49,323 nucleotides of DNA, taken from assembly GCA_038065125.1 (NCBI GenBank), contig JBBTRP010000038.1:1-49323 (forward strand), in the 5' to 3' direction. The DNA is from Patescibacteria group bacterium. GTDB taxonomy: Bacteria > Patescibacteriota > Patescibacteriia > JACQRZ01. The notes under the pieces were generated by a model. The model made no database searches. It had not been told where the DNA came from and worked only from the letters and a program-made list of their open reading frames with translations. Of the stretch, positions 36,137-46,338 are shown piece by piece. The position numbers and the translations under genes are program-made. Position 1 is the first letter of the stretch. The number at the start of each line of letters is the position of its first letter.

Positions 36137-37519
36137 ATGAATACCGCGCAACTCTGGCAATCAGCGCTTGGAGAGTTGGAGATTTTACTCTCGCGTCCAA
36201 ACTTCTCCACCTGGTTTAAAGAGACGAGTATCCTATCTTACGAGAATGAGCGCGTGATTGTTGGGGTTCCGAACCTCTTTACAAAAACATGGCTGGAGAA
36301 GAAATATCACACGATGATTATCAAGGCGATCCGCAACGTGGCGTCGATCAGTATTAAAGATGTTGTCTATAAAGTAGAGGTGCTTGATGCCGCTCGAAAA
36401 AAGGCGGTCCAGGCATTTCCGTCGACACAAGCAACATTTGTCGCGTCATACGGCGCGGACACTCCACGCCCAGGAATCGGGGAGTCTCCCCATCCATCCG
36501 GCCTCAACCCGAAATACACCTTTGAAAATTTTATTGTCGGTAAATACTGCGAACTTGCCAATGCCGCCTGCCTCGCGGTTGCCGCGCAACCGGGCGAGGT
36601 CTACAACCCGCTCTTTATTTACGGCGGCGTGGGCCTCGGGAAAACCCACCTCCTCCAGGCGGTCGGCCACGAGATTCTCAAAAAAGATCCGTCAAAGCGC
36701 ATTCTTTTTGTTACCTGCGAAAAATTCACGAACGATTTTATCCAGGCGGTTCGCTCCGGCCGCGGAAAGGAGCTCAAAGACACCTACCGGACCGTGGACG
36801 TCCTCATTATCGACGACATTCAATTCCTTTCCAGTAAGGAGGGGTCCCAGGAGGAATTTTTTCATACCTTCAATACTCTTCATCAAACCAACCGCCAACT
36901 CGTCATCGCGTCAGACCGCCCCCCAAAGGCAATCCCCGCAATCGAAAGCCGTCTTCTCTCCCGTCTGGAGTGGGGGATGATTGCCGATATTACCTCTCCC
37001 GACCTTGAAACACGTATCGCGATTCTTGAGACGAAATGCAAAGACAAAAACGTCGAGCTCTCCTCTGAAGTGATCAACTTTATCGCGACCATGGTACACT
37101 CTAACATCCGCGAGCTTGAGGGCGCGCTCAATCGGATTCTCGCGTTCATGCAGCTCAACGCGACGCCTCTGAGTTTTGAGAAAATAAAGCAAATTCTCTC
37201 TTCAATCACGACTAGCTACGCAAAAAAATCCATCACTCCTAAGCAGATAATCCTGATTGTGTCGGAGTTTTACAATATCGAAGTTCCTGATATTATCGGC
37301 GAGTGTCGCAAGAAGGAACTCGCGATGCCGCGGCAAATTATTATGTATCTGATGCGAGAGGAGATAAAATGCTCCTTTCCACTTATTGGGACTGAGCTCG
37401 GTGGACGCGATCACACCACCGCGATTCACGCATACAACAAAGTAAAGAGAGATGCCGAACAGAGCCCGAAGGTAAAACAGGATCTCGACCTTATCCGGCA
37501 GCGTATTTACAACATTTAA
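36137..37519 (+). CDS. dnaA: Chromosomal replication initiator protein DnaA
   Basis: LFIYGGVGLGKTHLL (Walker A), LIIDDIQFL (Walker B), a C-terminal DNA-binding helix region, and gene order with dnaN. Confidence 0.97.
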   Translation: MNTAQLWQSALGELEILLSRPNFSTWFKETSILSYENERVIVGVPNLFTKTWLEKKYHTMIIKAIRNVASISIKDVVYKVEVLDAARKKAVQAFPSTQATFVASYGADTPRPGIGESPHPSGLNPKYTFENFIVGKYCELANAACLAVAAQPGEVYNPLFIYGGVGLGKTHLLQAVGHEILKKDPSKRILFVTCEKFTNDFIQAVRSGRGKELKDTYRTVDVLIIDDIQFLSSKEGSQEEFFHTFNTLHQTNRQLVIASDRPPKAIPAIESRLLSRLEWGMIADITSPDLETRIAILETKCKDKNVELSSEVINFIATMVHSNIRELEGALNRILAFMQLNATPLSFEKIKQILSSITTSYAKKSITPKQIILIVSEFYNIEVPDIIGECRKKELAMPRQIIMYLMREEIKCSFPLIGTELGGRDHTTAIHAYNKVKRDAEQSPKVKQDLDLIRQRIYNI

Positions 37520-37741
37520 CAGGGTGTGAATAGACCTGTGGGTGAGGTGAGGATGGTATGTTGAAAAGTCTAAAAAAAATTACTTACTCACATTCTCTTC
37601 AATAATTACCCACACATCTATTTTTTAAAAAATTCGATTTTTATGTGTAACAAAAAGAATAAAAAAATCTTTATCCACAATTCACACCCCCTATTACTAT
37701 TACTAATATATATTAATATCTTTAATTAAAAGATATACTGT
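37520..37741. other. Candidate oriC (DnaA-box cluster plus an AT-rich unwinding region) between dnaA and dnaN
   Basis: Perfect TTATCCACA at 37671-37679 and TTACCCACA at 37606-37614. Two 2-mismatch boxes lie on the other strand at 37525-37533 and 37537-37545. A very AT-rich tract runs about 37690-37735. Confidence 0.6.
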
Positions 37742-38866
37742 GTGAAATTCTCCTGTCTTCAAGAAAATCTATACCGAGGACTTCAGATAGCCAGATCAAG
37801 TGTCGGGCGCGAACAAAGCCTTCCGATTCTTTCTCACATCCTTCTCACCACAGAAAAAGGAATCCTCTCCCTAACCGCGACGAATTTAGAAATTGCAGTC
37901 CACGCCACTGTGCGAGGAAAAGTTGAAACGGAAGGGAGTATCGCTCTTGATGCAAAAACACTGGTTGAGTTTGTAAGTCTTCTCCCAAAAGAGAAAGTTG
38001 ATCTCACTACATCATCTCAAGGAATTCTTTCAATTCAGTGCGGGGGATATTCAACAACACTTCACGGCCTTTCATCGGAAGATTTTCCACTTATCCCAAG
38101 CGTTGAAAAAGAGAATCCCATAACTTTTTCACTAAGCGATATTCGTGAAGGTCTTTCCACCACACTCTTTGCAGTGTCTCTCCAAGAATCTCGTCCGGAA
38201 CTTTCGGGAGTACTTTTTCATAGTGATCCGGTAAAAAAAACACTCACCATTGTCGGAACTGACGCGTATCGTCTTGCGGAAAAAACAATTCCTGCGGAGG
38301 GGGAGCTTTCACAAAACCACGACGTTATTATTCCACTTAAAACCCTCCAAGAGTTTCTTCGGATTACCCAATACGGAATGGGTGCGCGCGGAGAGTTGGT
38401 GATTACCGACCATCAACTCCTCTTTCTTTGTGATAGTGTTGAGTTGTACTCAAAGCGAATTCAGGGTACGTACCCTGATTATAAAAATATTATTCCCCCT
38501 TCTTTTTCCACTCATGTCCGCATTCCTCGACAAGAATTTATTCAAGCGATTAAAGCGTCAAGCATTTTTTCAAAGGCGGGGCTTCACGATGTTCAGTTGA
38601 CGGTGACCCCAAAGCAGGACGGCAAGGGACTTCTCTCACTCTATGCGGCAAACGCAAGTGTTGGGGAGAATACCACCACCCTCGACATTGAGATGAGTGG
38701 AGGAGAGAACACAGTGCTACTCAACTACAAGTATCTTCTTGACGGTCTTTCATTAATCACGTCACAGAACGTGACCCTCGATATTGTTGATAGTGTAAAC
38801 CCGTGTGTACTCAAACCGGAAGGTGGAGAGGGGTATCTCTACCTTGTTATGCCGATACGGCAGTAG
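37742..38866 (+). CDS. dnaN: DNA polymerase III beta sliding clamp
   Basis: GTG start. LPILSHILL...LTATNLEI...GTDAYRLAE...MPIR is the DnaN family layout. Confidence 0.95.
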   Translation: MKFSCLQENLYRGLQIARSSVGREQSLPILSHILLTTEKGILSLTATNLEIAVHATVRGKVETEGSIALDAKTLVEFVSLLPKEKVDLTTSSQGILSIQCGGYSTTLHGLSSEDFPLIPSVEKENPITFSLSDIREGLSTTLFAVSLQESRPELSGVLFHSDPVKKTLTIVGTDAYRLAEKTIPAEGELSQNHDVIIPLKTLQEFLRITQYGMGARGELVITDHQLLFLCDSVELYSKRIQGTYPDYKNIIPPSFSTHVRIPRQEFIQAIKASSIFSKAGLHDVQLTVTPKQDGKGLLSLYAANASVGENTTTLDIEMSGGENTVLLNYKYLLDGLSLITSQNVTLDIVDSVNPCVLKPEGGEGYLYLVMPIRQ

Positions 38867-38900
38867 GGGTTAAGAGCGGGTGAATACCGTGTGGTCGGGT

Positions 38901-41444
38901 TTATTTTTTTATCACGAGAAGATTTACCACGACACTCCCCTGCTGAGTGTTTCCGGTGAGGTCGGTCACCCTAACTTTCAATGAGCGAAACCCGTTATCC
39001 TTCAATTCAAGGGGGTAGGAAAGGTTATAGGGCGCCGTGGGGGGTGAGGCGATAAGCGCGTCGTCGAGAAAATACTCAACCTTCCCAACTCCTGACGGCG
39101 CGGATACTTGAAGGGTCGCGGTGAGTGTGTCAGACGCGATTGTTTCATTCTCCTGTGGTGTAAGAATTACCAGTGTCGGCGCCTGGCTGTCACTTGAAGG
39201 GGTGGTAGTCGGCGTGAGGACCCCCTCTTCAATATTATTTTTTTTCACCCAAGCACGAACCCCCTTCTCCCAGACGGAGTATTGAGGATCTTGTTCGGGG
39301 TGGTCAGGGGTAGTAACGGCCCGTGGGTTATTTTTATCGAGGAGATGAAGAATGGTATGAATTTCGCGCGTAATCCGCTCCTGTCGCAACTCGGGCGGCG
39401 TAAGGTCGGTCGCAGGCTCTCCGGTCGTGCTGTCAATCATTACTTTTTTTTCATTAGCATATTCCCCGTCTAACACCGCGACACCGGTTGTGAGTGGAAG
39501 CGGCTTCTGGAAGGGTTCGACCGGCATCCCTGCAAGACTTGCGCGCATATATTGGTTCCAGATCGGTGCTGCAATCTTTGAACAATCCGCGCCGCGCTTC
39601 ATGGCGGTATTGTCGTTATTGCCGACCCAGACACCCGTCACCAGTGAAGGGGTGTAGCCGATCGTCCATGCGTCGCGGTAATCGTTTGTGGTACCGGTTT
39701 TTGCGGCGACCGACCGACCGGGAAGCGTGAGATGGTTCTTTGCGCCAAAGATATACGTTCTGGCGCTATTATCGGAGAGTATATCATTGATCTGGCGTGC
39801 AGCCTCAGGGTCAAGTGTGTCGGTGACCGCGGGCGTGCGCCACTCTTCAAGCGTTGTTCCGCGACTGTCTTGGACTTTTAAAATCGAAACAGGCGTCACC
39901 ACACTCCCCTCGCGTGCAAAGACCGTGAAGGCGGCCGTGTGCTCCAGAAGTGTCACCTCCGCGCCTCCTAACACCAAGGCGAGGCCGTACCGATCGGGAT
40001 CCTGAAGCGACTGGTAGCCAAGGGTTTTTGCGAGCGTGATTACATTGCGTACCCCCGCGAGGTACAGCGTTTTAACCGCCGCGATATTCAAAGATCCCGC
40101 CAAGGCCTTTTTCATAGTCACGGGACCATACTCCGTGTCGGTGTAGTTATGGGGCGTATAGTCCTTTTGACTTGGGTCGGTTGAGAAGTTTGTGACCAGA
40201 TCAAAAATAATAGTCGAAGGGGTAAAGCCGCGGCTAAAGGCCGTTGCGTAGACGATCGGCTTGAAGGACGAGCCGGGCTGTCGTTTCCGGAGAACTACAT
40301 TGACGTTGCCGTCGATGGATTCGTCAAAGTAATCCTTCGACCCGACCATCGCGAGAATCTCGCCGGTATGCGCGCTCAGTGAGACGAGAGCGGCGTTGGA
40401 CGCGCCAAACGACGCTGCGGTTTTAGAACCTTGGGTAATCGCTTTTTCAGCCGCAAGCTGTTTTTCAAAATCCAGAGCCGTGGTGATTTTGAGGCCACCC
40501 TCCTGCACGAGCTTTTCTCCGTACGTCGCGCGTAACTGTTCGCGCACGTAGTTGACGAAGTGAGGTGCCAGGAAAACCCCCCGCTCTTCCCGGAAAGTCA
40601 GTTTTTGGTTTTTTGCGTCCTCTGCTTCGTCGCGCGAAATAATATCCAGTGTCGCCATGCCATCGAGGATACGGTGCTGTCGCGCGATGAGCTTGTCGCG
40701 ATTCGCGCCCCAGGGAGAGTAGTAGCTTGGCGCGCGCGGCAGCGATGCGAGCAGAGCGGATTCGGCTGTGGTGAGCTCTGTGATATTTTTTGCAAAATAG
40801 AGCTGCGCGGCAGCAGACACGCCATAGGCCGTCGAGCCGTAGGGAATCTCGTTGAGATAGAGTTGGAGAATTTGATCTTTGGTGAAGCGCTTTTCAATTT
40901 GGTATGCAAGGATTAACTCGCGGAACTTCCGCGTGAAGGTTTTTTTGGAGCTCAGAAGCGCGTTTTTGATGAACTGTTGCGTGATGGTCGAGCCGCCTTG
41001 CGCCTTTCGCCCGGTGAGAACGTCGACTACGATTGCGCGCGCGATACCGCGAAGGTCAAATCCTTTGTGCGAGTAAAAATCGCGATCCTCCGCAACGATC
41101 GTCGCCCACTTCAGGGCGCTGGGCACGTCGGCAAGCGCGACCAGCGAGCGCTGTTCCTCGCCGTGCACCTCGTAGAGGAGGTGCTGTCCGGTGCGGTCGT
41201 AAATTTTTGTACTCTGAGAGACGACCCGGTCCATGAGCTTGTTTGGGTCCGGAAGGCCCGCCGTGAGCCAGCCGAGTGCCCCAATCAAAATAAGCGTACC
41301 CACCGCACCCAGAAGTGCGAGTGCAAGCAGCGCTGTTTTTCCGCGCGATTTTTTCCTGCGGGGGGAGGGGCGTGTCACTTTCATCGGGAGCACTTTCCGC
41401 TTGAATCCGCCCGCGCCTTTCTTGTACGAGTAGGAAATTCGCAT
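38901..41444 (-). CDS. Class A penicillin-binding protein (glycosyltransferase plus transpeptidase) with a C-terminal Ig-like domain
   Basis: EDRDFYSHKGFD...GGSTITQQ are GT51 motifs. SSFKP, SLN and KTGTT are transpeptidase motifs. An N-terminal TM anchor is present. Confidence 0.9.
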   Translation of the reverse strand: MRISYSYKKGAGGFKRKVLPMKVTRPSPRRKKSRGKTALLALALLGAVGTLILIGALGWLTAGLPDPNKLMDRVVSQSTKIYDRTGQHLLYEVHGEEQRSLVALADVPSALKWATIVAEDRDFYSHKGFDLRGIARAIVVDVLTGRKAQGGSTITQQFIKNALLSSKKTFTRKFRELILAYQIEKRFTKDQILQLYLNEIPYGSTAYGVSAAAQLYFAKNITELTTAESALLASLPRAPSYYSPWGANRDKLIARQHRILDGMATLDIISRDEAEDAKNQKLTFREERGVFLAPHFVNYVREQLRATYGEKLVQEGGLKITTALDFEKQLAAEKAITQGSKTAASFGASNAALVSLSAHTGEILAMVGSKDYFDESIDGNVNVVLRKRQPGSSFKPIVYATAFSRGFTPSTIIFDLVTNFSTDPSQKDYTPHNYTDTEYGPVTMKKALAGSLNIAAVKTLYLAGVRNVITLAKTLGYQSLQDPDRYGLALVLGGAEVTLLEHTAAFTVFAREGSVVTPVSILKVQDSRGTTLEEWRTPAVTDTLDPEAARQINDILSDNSARTYIFGAKNHLTLPGRSVAAKTGTTNDYRDAWTIGYTPSLVTGVWVGNNDNTAMKRGADCSKIAAPIWNQYMRASLAGMPVEPFQKPLPLTTGVAVLDGEYANEKKVMIDSTTGEPATDLTPPELRQERITREIHTILHLLDKNNPRAVTTPDHPEQDPQYSVWEKGVRAWVKKNNIEEGVLTPTTTPSSDSQAPTLVILTPQENETIASDTLTATLQVSAPSGVGKVEYFLDDALIASPPTAPYNLSYPLELKDNGFRSLKVRVTDLTGNTQQGSVVVNLLVIKK

Positions 41445-41449
41445 ATAGT

Positions 41450-41938
41450 TTATTGGAACGCGACTGCGTGTGAGCAGAGCGCGATTGCAAGCGCGTCTGC
41501 CGCATCGTCGGGCCGCGGTCGTTCAGGAAGTTTAAGAAGGGTTTTGACCATCGACTGAACTTGTTTTTTGTCGGCGCCCCCATAGCCGGTAACCCCCTGC
41601 TTCACCTGCAAGGGCGTGAGTTCATGAATGCGTGCGCCGAAGCGGCGCGCAAGAAGAACAATAACTCCGCGGACCTCCGCGACCGCCATGACCGTTTTTG
41701 CGTTGTTTGCGAAAAAAAGTTTTTCAATGCCGACGATTGCCGGTCGATGTTCTTTTAGAAGGGCCTCGAGGTCGTTTGCGAGTTGAAGTAAGCGCTCGTC
41801 AAAGGGAAGCGTTTTTGGCGCGGTGAGACAGCCGTGGGCGATGTGGCACGGAGCGGCGTGCACACCCGAAATTACGCCATAGCCGAGTCGGTCAAAGCCT
41901 GGATCGAGCCCGATCGTGATAGTGGAGCGCGGCATCAT
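41450..41938 (-). CDS. ruvC: Holliday junction resolvase RuvC
   Basis: IGLDPGFDRLGYGVI...VGIEKLFF...DAADALAIALCH. The ATG at 41938 makes an ATGA overlap with the upstream stop. Confidence 0.9.
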   Translation of the reverse strand: MMPRSTITIGLDPGFDRLGYGVISGVHAAPCHIAHGCLTAPKTLPFDERLLQLANDLEALLKEHRPAIVGIEKLFFANNAKTVMAVAEVRGVIVLLARRFGARIHELTPLQVKQGVTGYGGADKKQVQSMVKTLLKLPERPRPDDAADALAIALCSHAVAFQ

Positions 41939-42651
41939 GAGTCGCAATTGGAGTAATGGGCCGTGACGTCGTTACGCTCATCAAGCTCCTCCACGAACTT
42001 TTCATATGCGGCGTGAACACCCTCGTTAAGGGCGAAGGGCGTTTTGGGAAGGTAATCAATTTCAGCAAATGCCGGGGCGATGCCTAAAGCCTCAACAGCG
42101 GCCTTGAGGCGTAAAAAATCTTCCGGCTCGCAAGTGATTGTGCTGCCATCCTCGCCCATGTGGATGTCTCCGGCCCCCGCCTCAATAAGGGAGAGCTCAA
42201 GTTCTTCCGGGAGGGCGGTATTCGGGATTCCAATCAGTCCTTTTTTTTCAAACATCCACGACACGCTGTTCTGTGCGCCGAGCGCCCCCCCATACTTTGA
42301 AAAAAGATGCTTAATTTCTGAGGATGAGCGGTTCCGGCTGTTGGTGAGGACATCAATAATGAAGGCGCAGCCACCCGGGCCATATCCCTCGTAGCGAATC
42401 TCTTCGAGGATCTCCCCCTCAAGGGTTCCGAGCCCGCGTTTGATTGCGCGCTCGATGTTGTCCTTGGGCATATTGACCATTTTGGCCTTTTCAACGGCGA
42501 GGCGCATGGAAAAATTCGTTTCCACGTCCCCACCCTTCTCGCGCGCCGCGATCGTGATAAGGTTTGCGATTCGGGTAAAGACGCCGGCGCGCTTTGCGTC
42601 AACGACGGCTTTAGCGCGTTTGGTGGTCGCCCACTTAGAATGTCCAGACAT
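41935..42651 (-). CDS. yebC: YebC/PmpR family DNA-binding regulator
   Basis: MSGHSKWATTKRAKAVVDAKRAGVFTR is the family's signature N-terminus. Confidence 0.9.
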   Translation of the reverse strand: MSGHSKWATTKRAKAVVDAKRAGVFTRIANLITIAAREKGGDVETNFSMRLAVEKAKMVNMPKDNIERAIKRGLGTLEGEILEEIRYEGYGPGGCAFIIDVLTNSRNRSSSEIKHLFSKYGGALGAQNSVSWMFEKKGLIGIPNTALPEELELSLIEAGAGDIHMGEDGSTITCEPEDFLRLKAAVEALGIAPAFAEIDYLPKTPFALNEGVHAAYEKFVEELDERNDVTAHYSNCDS

Positions 42652-42859
42652 AGAAGGATTGACTTAGGTGACACGATATGATAGCATTATATAGCTTTTT
42701 ACATCAAGAACTAGGGCCTACCCTTATTTATGGTTGTTTCGACACTTCTTTCCGCACTTCGGTTTATCAAAAGAAAAAGTATTCGAGATATGGTTGTTGG
42801 TAAGACCTCCAAAGTATTTCGCAGGCTCGCCCTGCGCGCGGCCCACCGGTAAAGGAACT

Positions 42860-43930
42860 ATGAATATTGGTATTGTCGGCCTCCCCAATGTCGGCAAGTC
42901 GACCCTTTTTCACGCGCTTACCAAAAAACAAGTCGACATTGCAAATTACCCCTTTTGTACCATCAACCCGAACACGGGCGTGGTAAAGGTTCCTGACGAG
43001 CGGTTGGAGCTGCTCTCTACGATGTCTCATTCCACGCAGATTATTCCCGCGGCAATCGAATTTGTAGATATCGCGGGGCTGGTAAAGGGCGCCTCGCAAG
43101 GCGAGGGGCTGGGCAACAAATTTTTGAGTCATATCAGGGAGGTGGACGCGATCGCGCACGTGGTGCGCGTGTTTCCTGGCACAGACGTCGTGCACGTATC
43201 CGGCGCGACACATCCGCTTGACGACATTGAGGTCATCAATCTCGAGCTCATCTACGCAGACCTCGCGACACTTGAGAAGAAGATCACATCAGTTCGTGGG
43301 CAGCTCAAGAGCGGCGGAGACCGCACGGCCACAGCAACCCTTGCCGTATGCGAGCGACTGAAAGAGGTTCTTGAGCGCGGGGTGCTTGCTAATACGGTGG
43401 CCCTCTTCCCTGAAGAAGAGCCGTTAGTTCGCGACCTTCACCTACTTACACGCAAGAAGTTTTTAGTTGTTCTCAACACCGACGAGTCCGGCGCGGTTGA
43501 TGCGGCCGTGAGCGAAGGAATTCGAGAAAAGTGCGGCGCGTGCCCCCAAATCCCTCTCTGCATCAAACTTGAAAGCGAGTGCGCAGACCTCACGGCCGCC
43601 GAGCGAACCGAGCTCGTCCTCCCCCCATCGGGACTCGACCGCTTCATTTGTGCCGCGTACGAGACACTCTCTCTCATCACCTATCTCACGACCGGACCAA
43701 AAGAGACGCGCGCCTGGACGATTCAGACCGGCACAAAAGCGCCTCAAGCCGCGGGAGTAATTCATACCGACTTTGAACGAGGATTTATCCGCGCAGAAGT
43801 AATTAACTGGAAAGACCTCCTCGACGCCGGCAGCGAAACTGCCGCAAAAGAAAAAGGACTCATACGACAAGAAGGCAAGGAGTACATCGTCAAAGACGGC
43901 GACACGATCGTATTCCGGGTCGGAGTATGA
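42860..43930 (+). CDS. ychF: Ribosome-binding ATPase YchF
   Basis: MNIGIVGLPNVGKSTLFHALT...ANYPFCTI...DIAGLVKGAS, with a C-terminal TGS-like IVKDGDTIVFRV. The start at 42860 is preceded by AAAGGAA. Confidence 0.95.
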   Translation: MNIGIVGLPNVGKSTLFHALTKKQVDIANYPFCTINPNTGVVKVPDERLELLSTMSHSTQIIPAAIEFVDIAGLVKGASQGEGLGNKFLSHIREVDAIAHVVRVFPGTDVVHVSGATHPLDDIEVINLELIYADLATLEKKITSVRGQLKSGGDRTATATLAVCERLKEVLERGVLANTVALFPEEEPLVRDLHLLTRKKFLVVLNTDESGAVDAAVSEGIREKCGACPQIPLCIKLESECADLTAAERTELVLPPSGLDRFICAAYETLSLITYLTTGPKETRAWTIQTGTKAPQAAGVIHTDFERGFIRAEVINWKDLLDAGSETAAKEKGLIRQEGKEYIVKDGDTIVFRVGV

Positions 43931-44430
43931 AGCCACTGCCAACAACCTATATCTATACGCAGGCGATTTGCGCAGCCGGCGTCGTTCTTGAGAAGGAGGG
44001 AAAGATTTTGATGATCAAAGAGCATCGCCCCGGGAACGCTGACCACGGCAAATGGAATTTTCCGTGCGGTTTTTTAGATCTTGGCGAAGATCCGTATGAG
44101 ACGGCGATACGAGAGACGCGTGAGGAGGCCGGGTATGACGTACGACCGCATGCGCTTCTTGGTATCTACTCAGTCGCACGCAATGACATCGTGAAGGGCA
44201 ATGCCATGCCACACTACGTCGGGATCTACTATATTGGCGCGCCCTTGAATGAGGTGCCATATGAGCACGATAGTGAAGTGGCAGAGATCCGCTGGCTAAC
44301 CCCAGATGAGGCGCTCGCGTTTCCTGACGAGCTCATGCGCAGCAGGAATATAAAGATAGTCATCAAAGATTACGCCGCCGGCACGCGATACCCACTTGAG
44401 GTGGTGCACCATATGGACCAGGTGCAGTGA
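43927..44430 (+). CDS. NUDIX hydrolase
   Basis: Nudix box GFLDLGEDPYETAIRETREEAGY. Confidence 0.85.
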   Translation: MKPLPTTYIYTQAICAAGVVLEKEGKILMIKEHRPGNADHGKWNFPCGFLDLGEDPYETAIRETREEAGYDVRPHALLGIYSVARNDIVKGNAMPHYVGIYYIGAPLNEVPYEHDSEVAEIRWLTPDEALAFPDELMRSRNIKIVIKDYAAGTRYPLEVVHHMDQVQ

Positions 44431-44530
44431 TTCATTGTCCTGTACACATAGGGGAGCGGAACGTGTAAAAGGATTTTGAGCCTGCGCGCCATTCGCGACA
44501 GGCTCTTCTTCATACTGAACCTGGCAACAC

Positions 44531-45061
44531 TCAACCTTGAGAGGTCATCTCCAGAATTTTTTGAGCAGCTTCTAATGGAGAAAGTTGGTCGGTATCAATA
44601 ATTGGGGGGTTGTATTCTGTCAGGTGCGGAAGTGTTCCTCGGGCGATATAATCATCGAGCTCTACTTTGGTTGTTGATTTCGTCGTTCCCTTGCGTGATG
44701 GGTGAGCGATTCGTTTTAAAATTGTTTCCATTGAGCAGCGAAGTTCAAACGGGAAAATACTTCCGTTATGGGATTCCACGATCCGCACCCAATTATTCAC
44801 AATCTCCACTGAGCGCGGGCCCGCACCGGAGACGGTAGTTATGAGCCCCGGGAGCTGTGCGCGACACGCCCCCTCAATTAGGAGGTTTCTTATCTCTCCT
44901 GAAATCTCCCGAGAGAGCGGGTGTGACATCGGGAGAACCTTTCGAACAACATCGAGCACGCTGTGATTATCGAGCAGCGGAAAACCGGTGATTTTTTCCA
45001 GCTCCAATCCGACAGTTTTCTTGCCCGTGCCCGGGTATCCGAAAAGGAAGACAAATTTCAT
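44531..45061 (-). CDS. P-loop kinase/ATPase-like protein (AAA_33-like)
   Basis: FGYPGTGKKTVG Walker A motif and small size; no specific family assigned. Confidence 0.55.
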   Translation of the reverse strand: MKFVFLFGYPGTGKKTVGLELEKITGFPLLDNHSVLDVVRKVLPMSHPLSREISGEIRNLLIEGACRAQLPGLITTVSGAGPRSVEIVNNWVRIVESHNGSIFPFELRCSMETILKRIAHPSRKGTTKSTTKVELDDYIARGTLPHLTEYNPPIIDTDQLSPLEAAQKILEMTSQG

Positions 45062-46338
45062 GTAGTCTTTTTCAGTACGAACAGTTCTCTGCCCACGTGT
45101 TGTCCGGGGCGTGAGACAAAGATTGACCCTCTGTCTGAGAGGTTTCCGAAGTCGGGAAGATCTTTTGTGTTAAGCGCCGAGACAAACCCGAGACCAAGGA
45201 GTTTTGGGAGGAAGGGGATGCGGGTCTTTTTCCTTTCCTCGATCCAAAACGGAAGCACGATGACTAGGGGTGCGCCTCCTTTGAGGGTACGGTGCGCCTC
45301 GTGAAAGAAGGCGGTATAGAGTTGTTCGAGTTCGCGAAGAATTGCAGAGAGATTTTTTACCCCCGATCGGTGCACGGATGGGCCGAGGTACGGCTCCGTC
45401 ACGATCGCATCGACTGAGTTTGCGGGGAATGTGCTCGAGAGCTTTCGCGCGTCACAGGAAATAAGTCGCACCGCGGCAAGCGAGGCGCCCTTCTCATTTG
45501 AGAGCCACGCGAGATTTTTTTTTGCGGCGGCGAGCGTAGATTCATTGATGTCGCACCCGACGAGACTTGAATATCCCACCATAAGCGCCTCTTGGATGAT
45601 GGTTCCGAATCCACAGAAAGGATCCAGGAGCGTGCCGTCTTTTTTTACGCCGGCAAGATTGATCATCATGCGCGCAAGTTTTGGCGGAAGGAGGCCGACA
45701 TCCATACTGCGCTCCGGCCGTGAGTAGTCGCGGAGAGAGTACTCCTCGAATTCTTGAACCGCATCGGTGAGCGCAACGCGAGTGACATCACCCTCAGCGA
45801 GAAGTAAGAGCTCAACTCCGTTTTCTCGCGTAAGATGGTTTTTTTCAACCTGAACGGATGTGAGTGTGTCACCCAGTTGGGGTGCGACAACGCGGACAGA
45901 ATACCCCCGACTTTTCAGGACTTTTTTCACCGCCAACCCGAGCTGGCGTACGCGGCGGCTTGCTCGGTGTTCTCGCAAAGATTTTTGTGATACCGTATAG
46001 CTACTAATGCCGATCGTGACGCGTTTTGACGAGTCCGTGATGCGCATTTCGACACCATCTGCAAGGGTTTCGGCGTGCACATCGTGTATGTGTCCGGAAA
46101 GAGACGTGTCACTCAAGGTTCCGATTTTAATGCATCCCCCGAGCTCGCGCATAAGTGCGACACAATCGACCGGTTGCGTGACGGATACGCTCAAAGCGTC
46201 ACGCGTGAATGAGCGAATGGTAGGAGTAAGTCCTCGTGCACTGAGCACCGAGAGGGCCTCCGCGCCGGAGAGCTCAGGGACTCTCCCGAGAATAAAACAA
46301 AGTGTGTGCGACTGATCCATGGGAATATTATTTTTCAT
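45058..46338 (-). CDS. THUMP/Trm11-like RNA (guanine-N2) methyltransferase
   Basis: FILGRVPELSGAEAL N-terminal domain, the DPFCGFGTIIQEA SAM motif and the TEPYLGP catalytic motif. The start is at 46338 or 46320. The track's extra ~70 N-terminal residues are an R/S/T-rich read-through into the divergent gene. Confidence 0.65.
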   Translation of the reverse strand: MKNNIPMDQSHTLCFILGRVPELSGAEALSVLSARGLTPTIRSFTRDALSVSVTQPVDCVALMRELGGCIKIGTLSDTSLSGHIHDVHAETLADGVEMRITDSSKRVTIGISSYTVSQKSLREHRASRRVRQLGLAVKKVLKSRGYSVRVVAPQLGDTLTSVQVEKNHLTRENGVELLLLAEGDVTRVALTDAVQEFEEYSLRDYSRPERSMDVGLLPPKLARMMINLAGVKKDGTLLDPFCGFGTIIQEALMVGYSSLVGCDINESTLAAAKKNLAWLSNEKGASLAAVRLISCDARKLSSTFPANSVDAIVTEPYLGPSVHRSGVKNLSAILRELEQLYTAFFHEAHRTLKGGAPLVIVLPFWIEERKKTRIPFLPKLLGLGFVSALNTKDLPDFGNLSDRGSIFVSRPGQHVGRELFVLKKTT

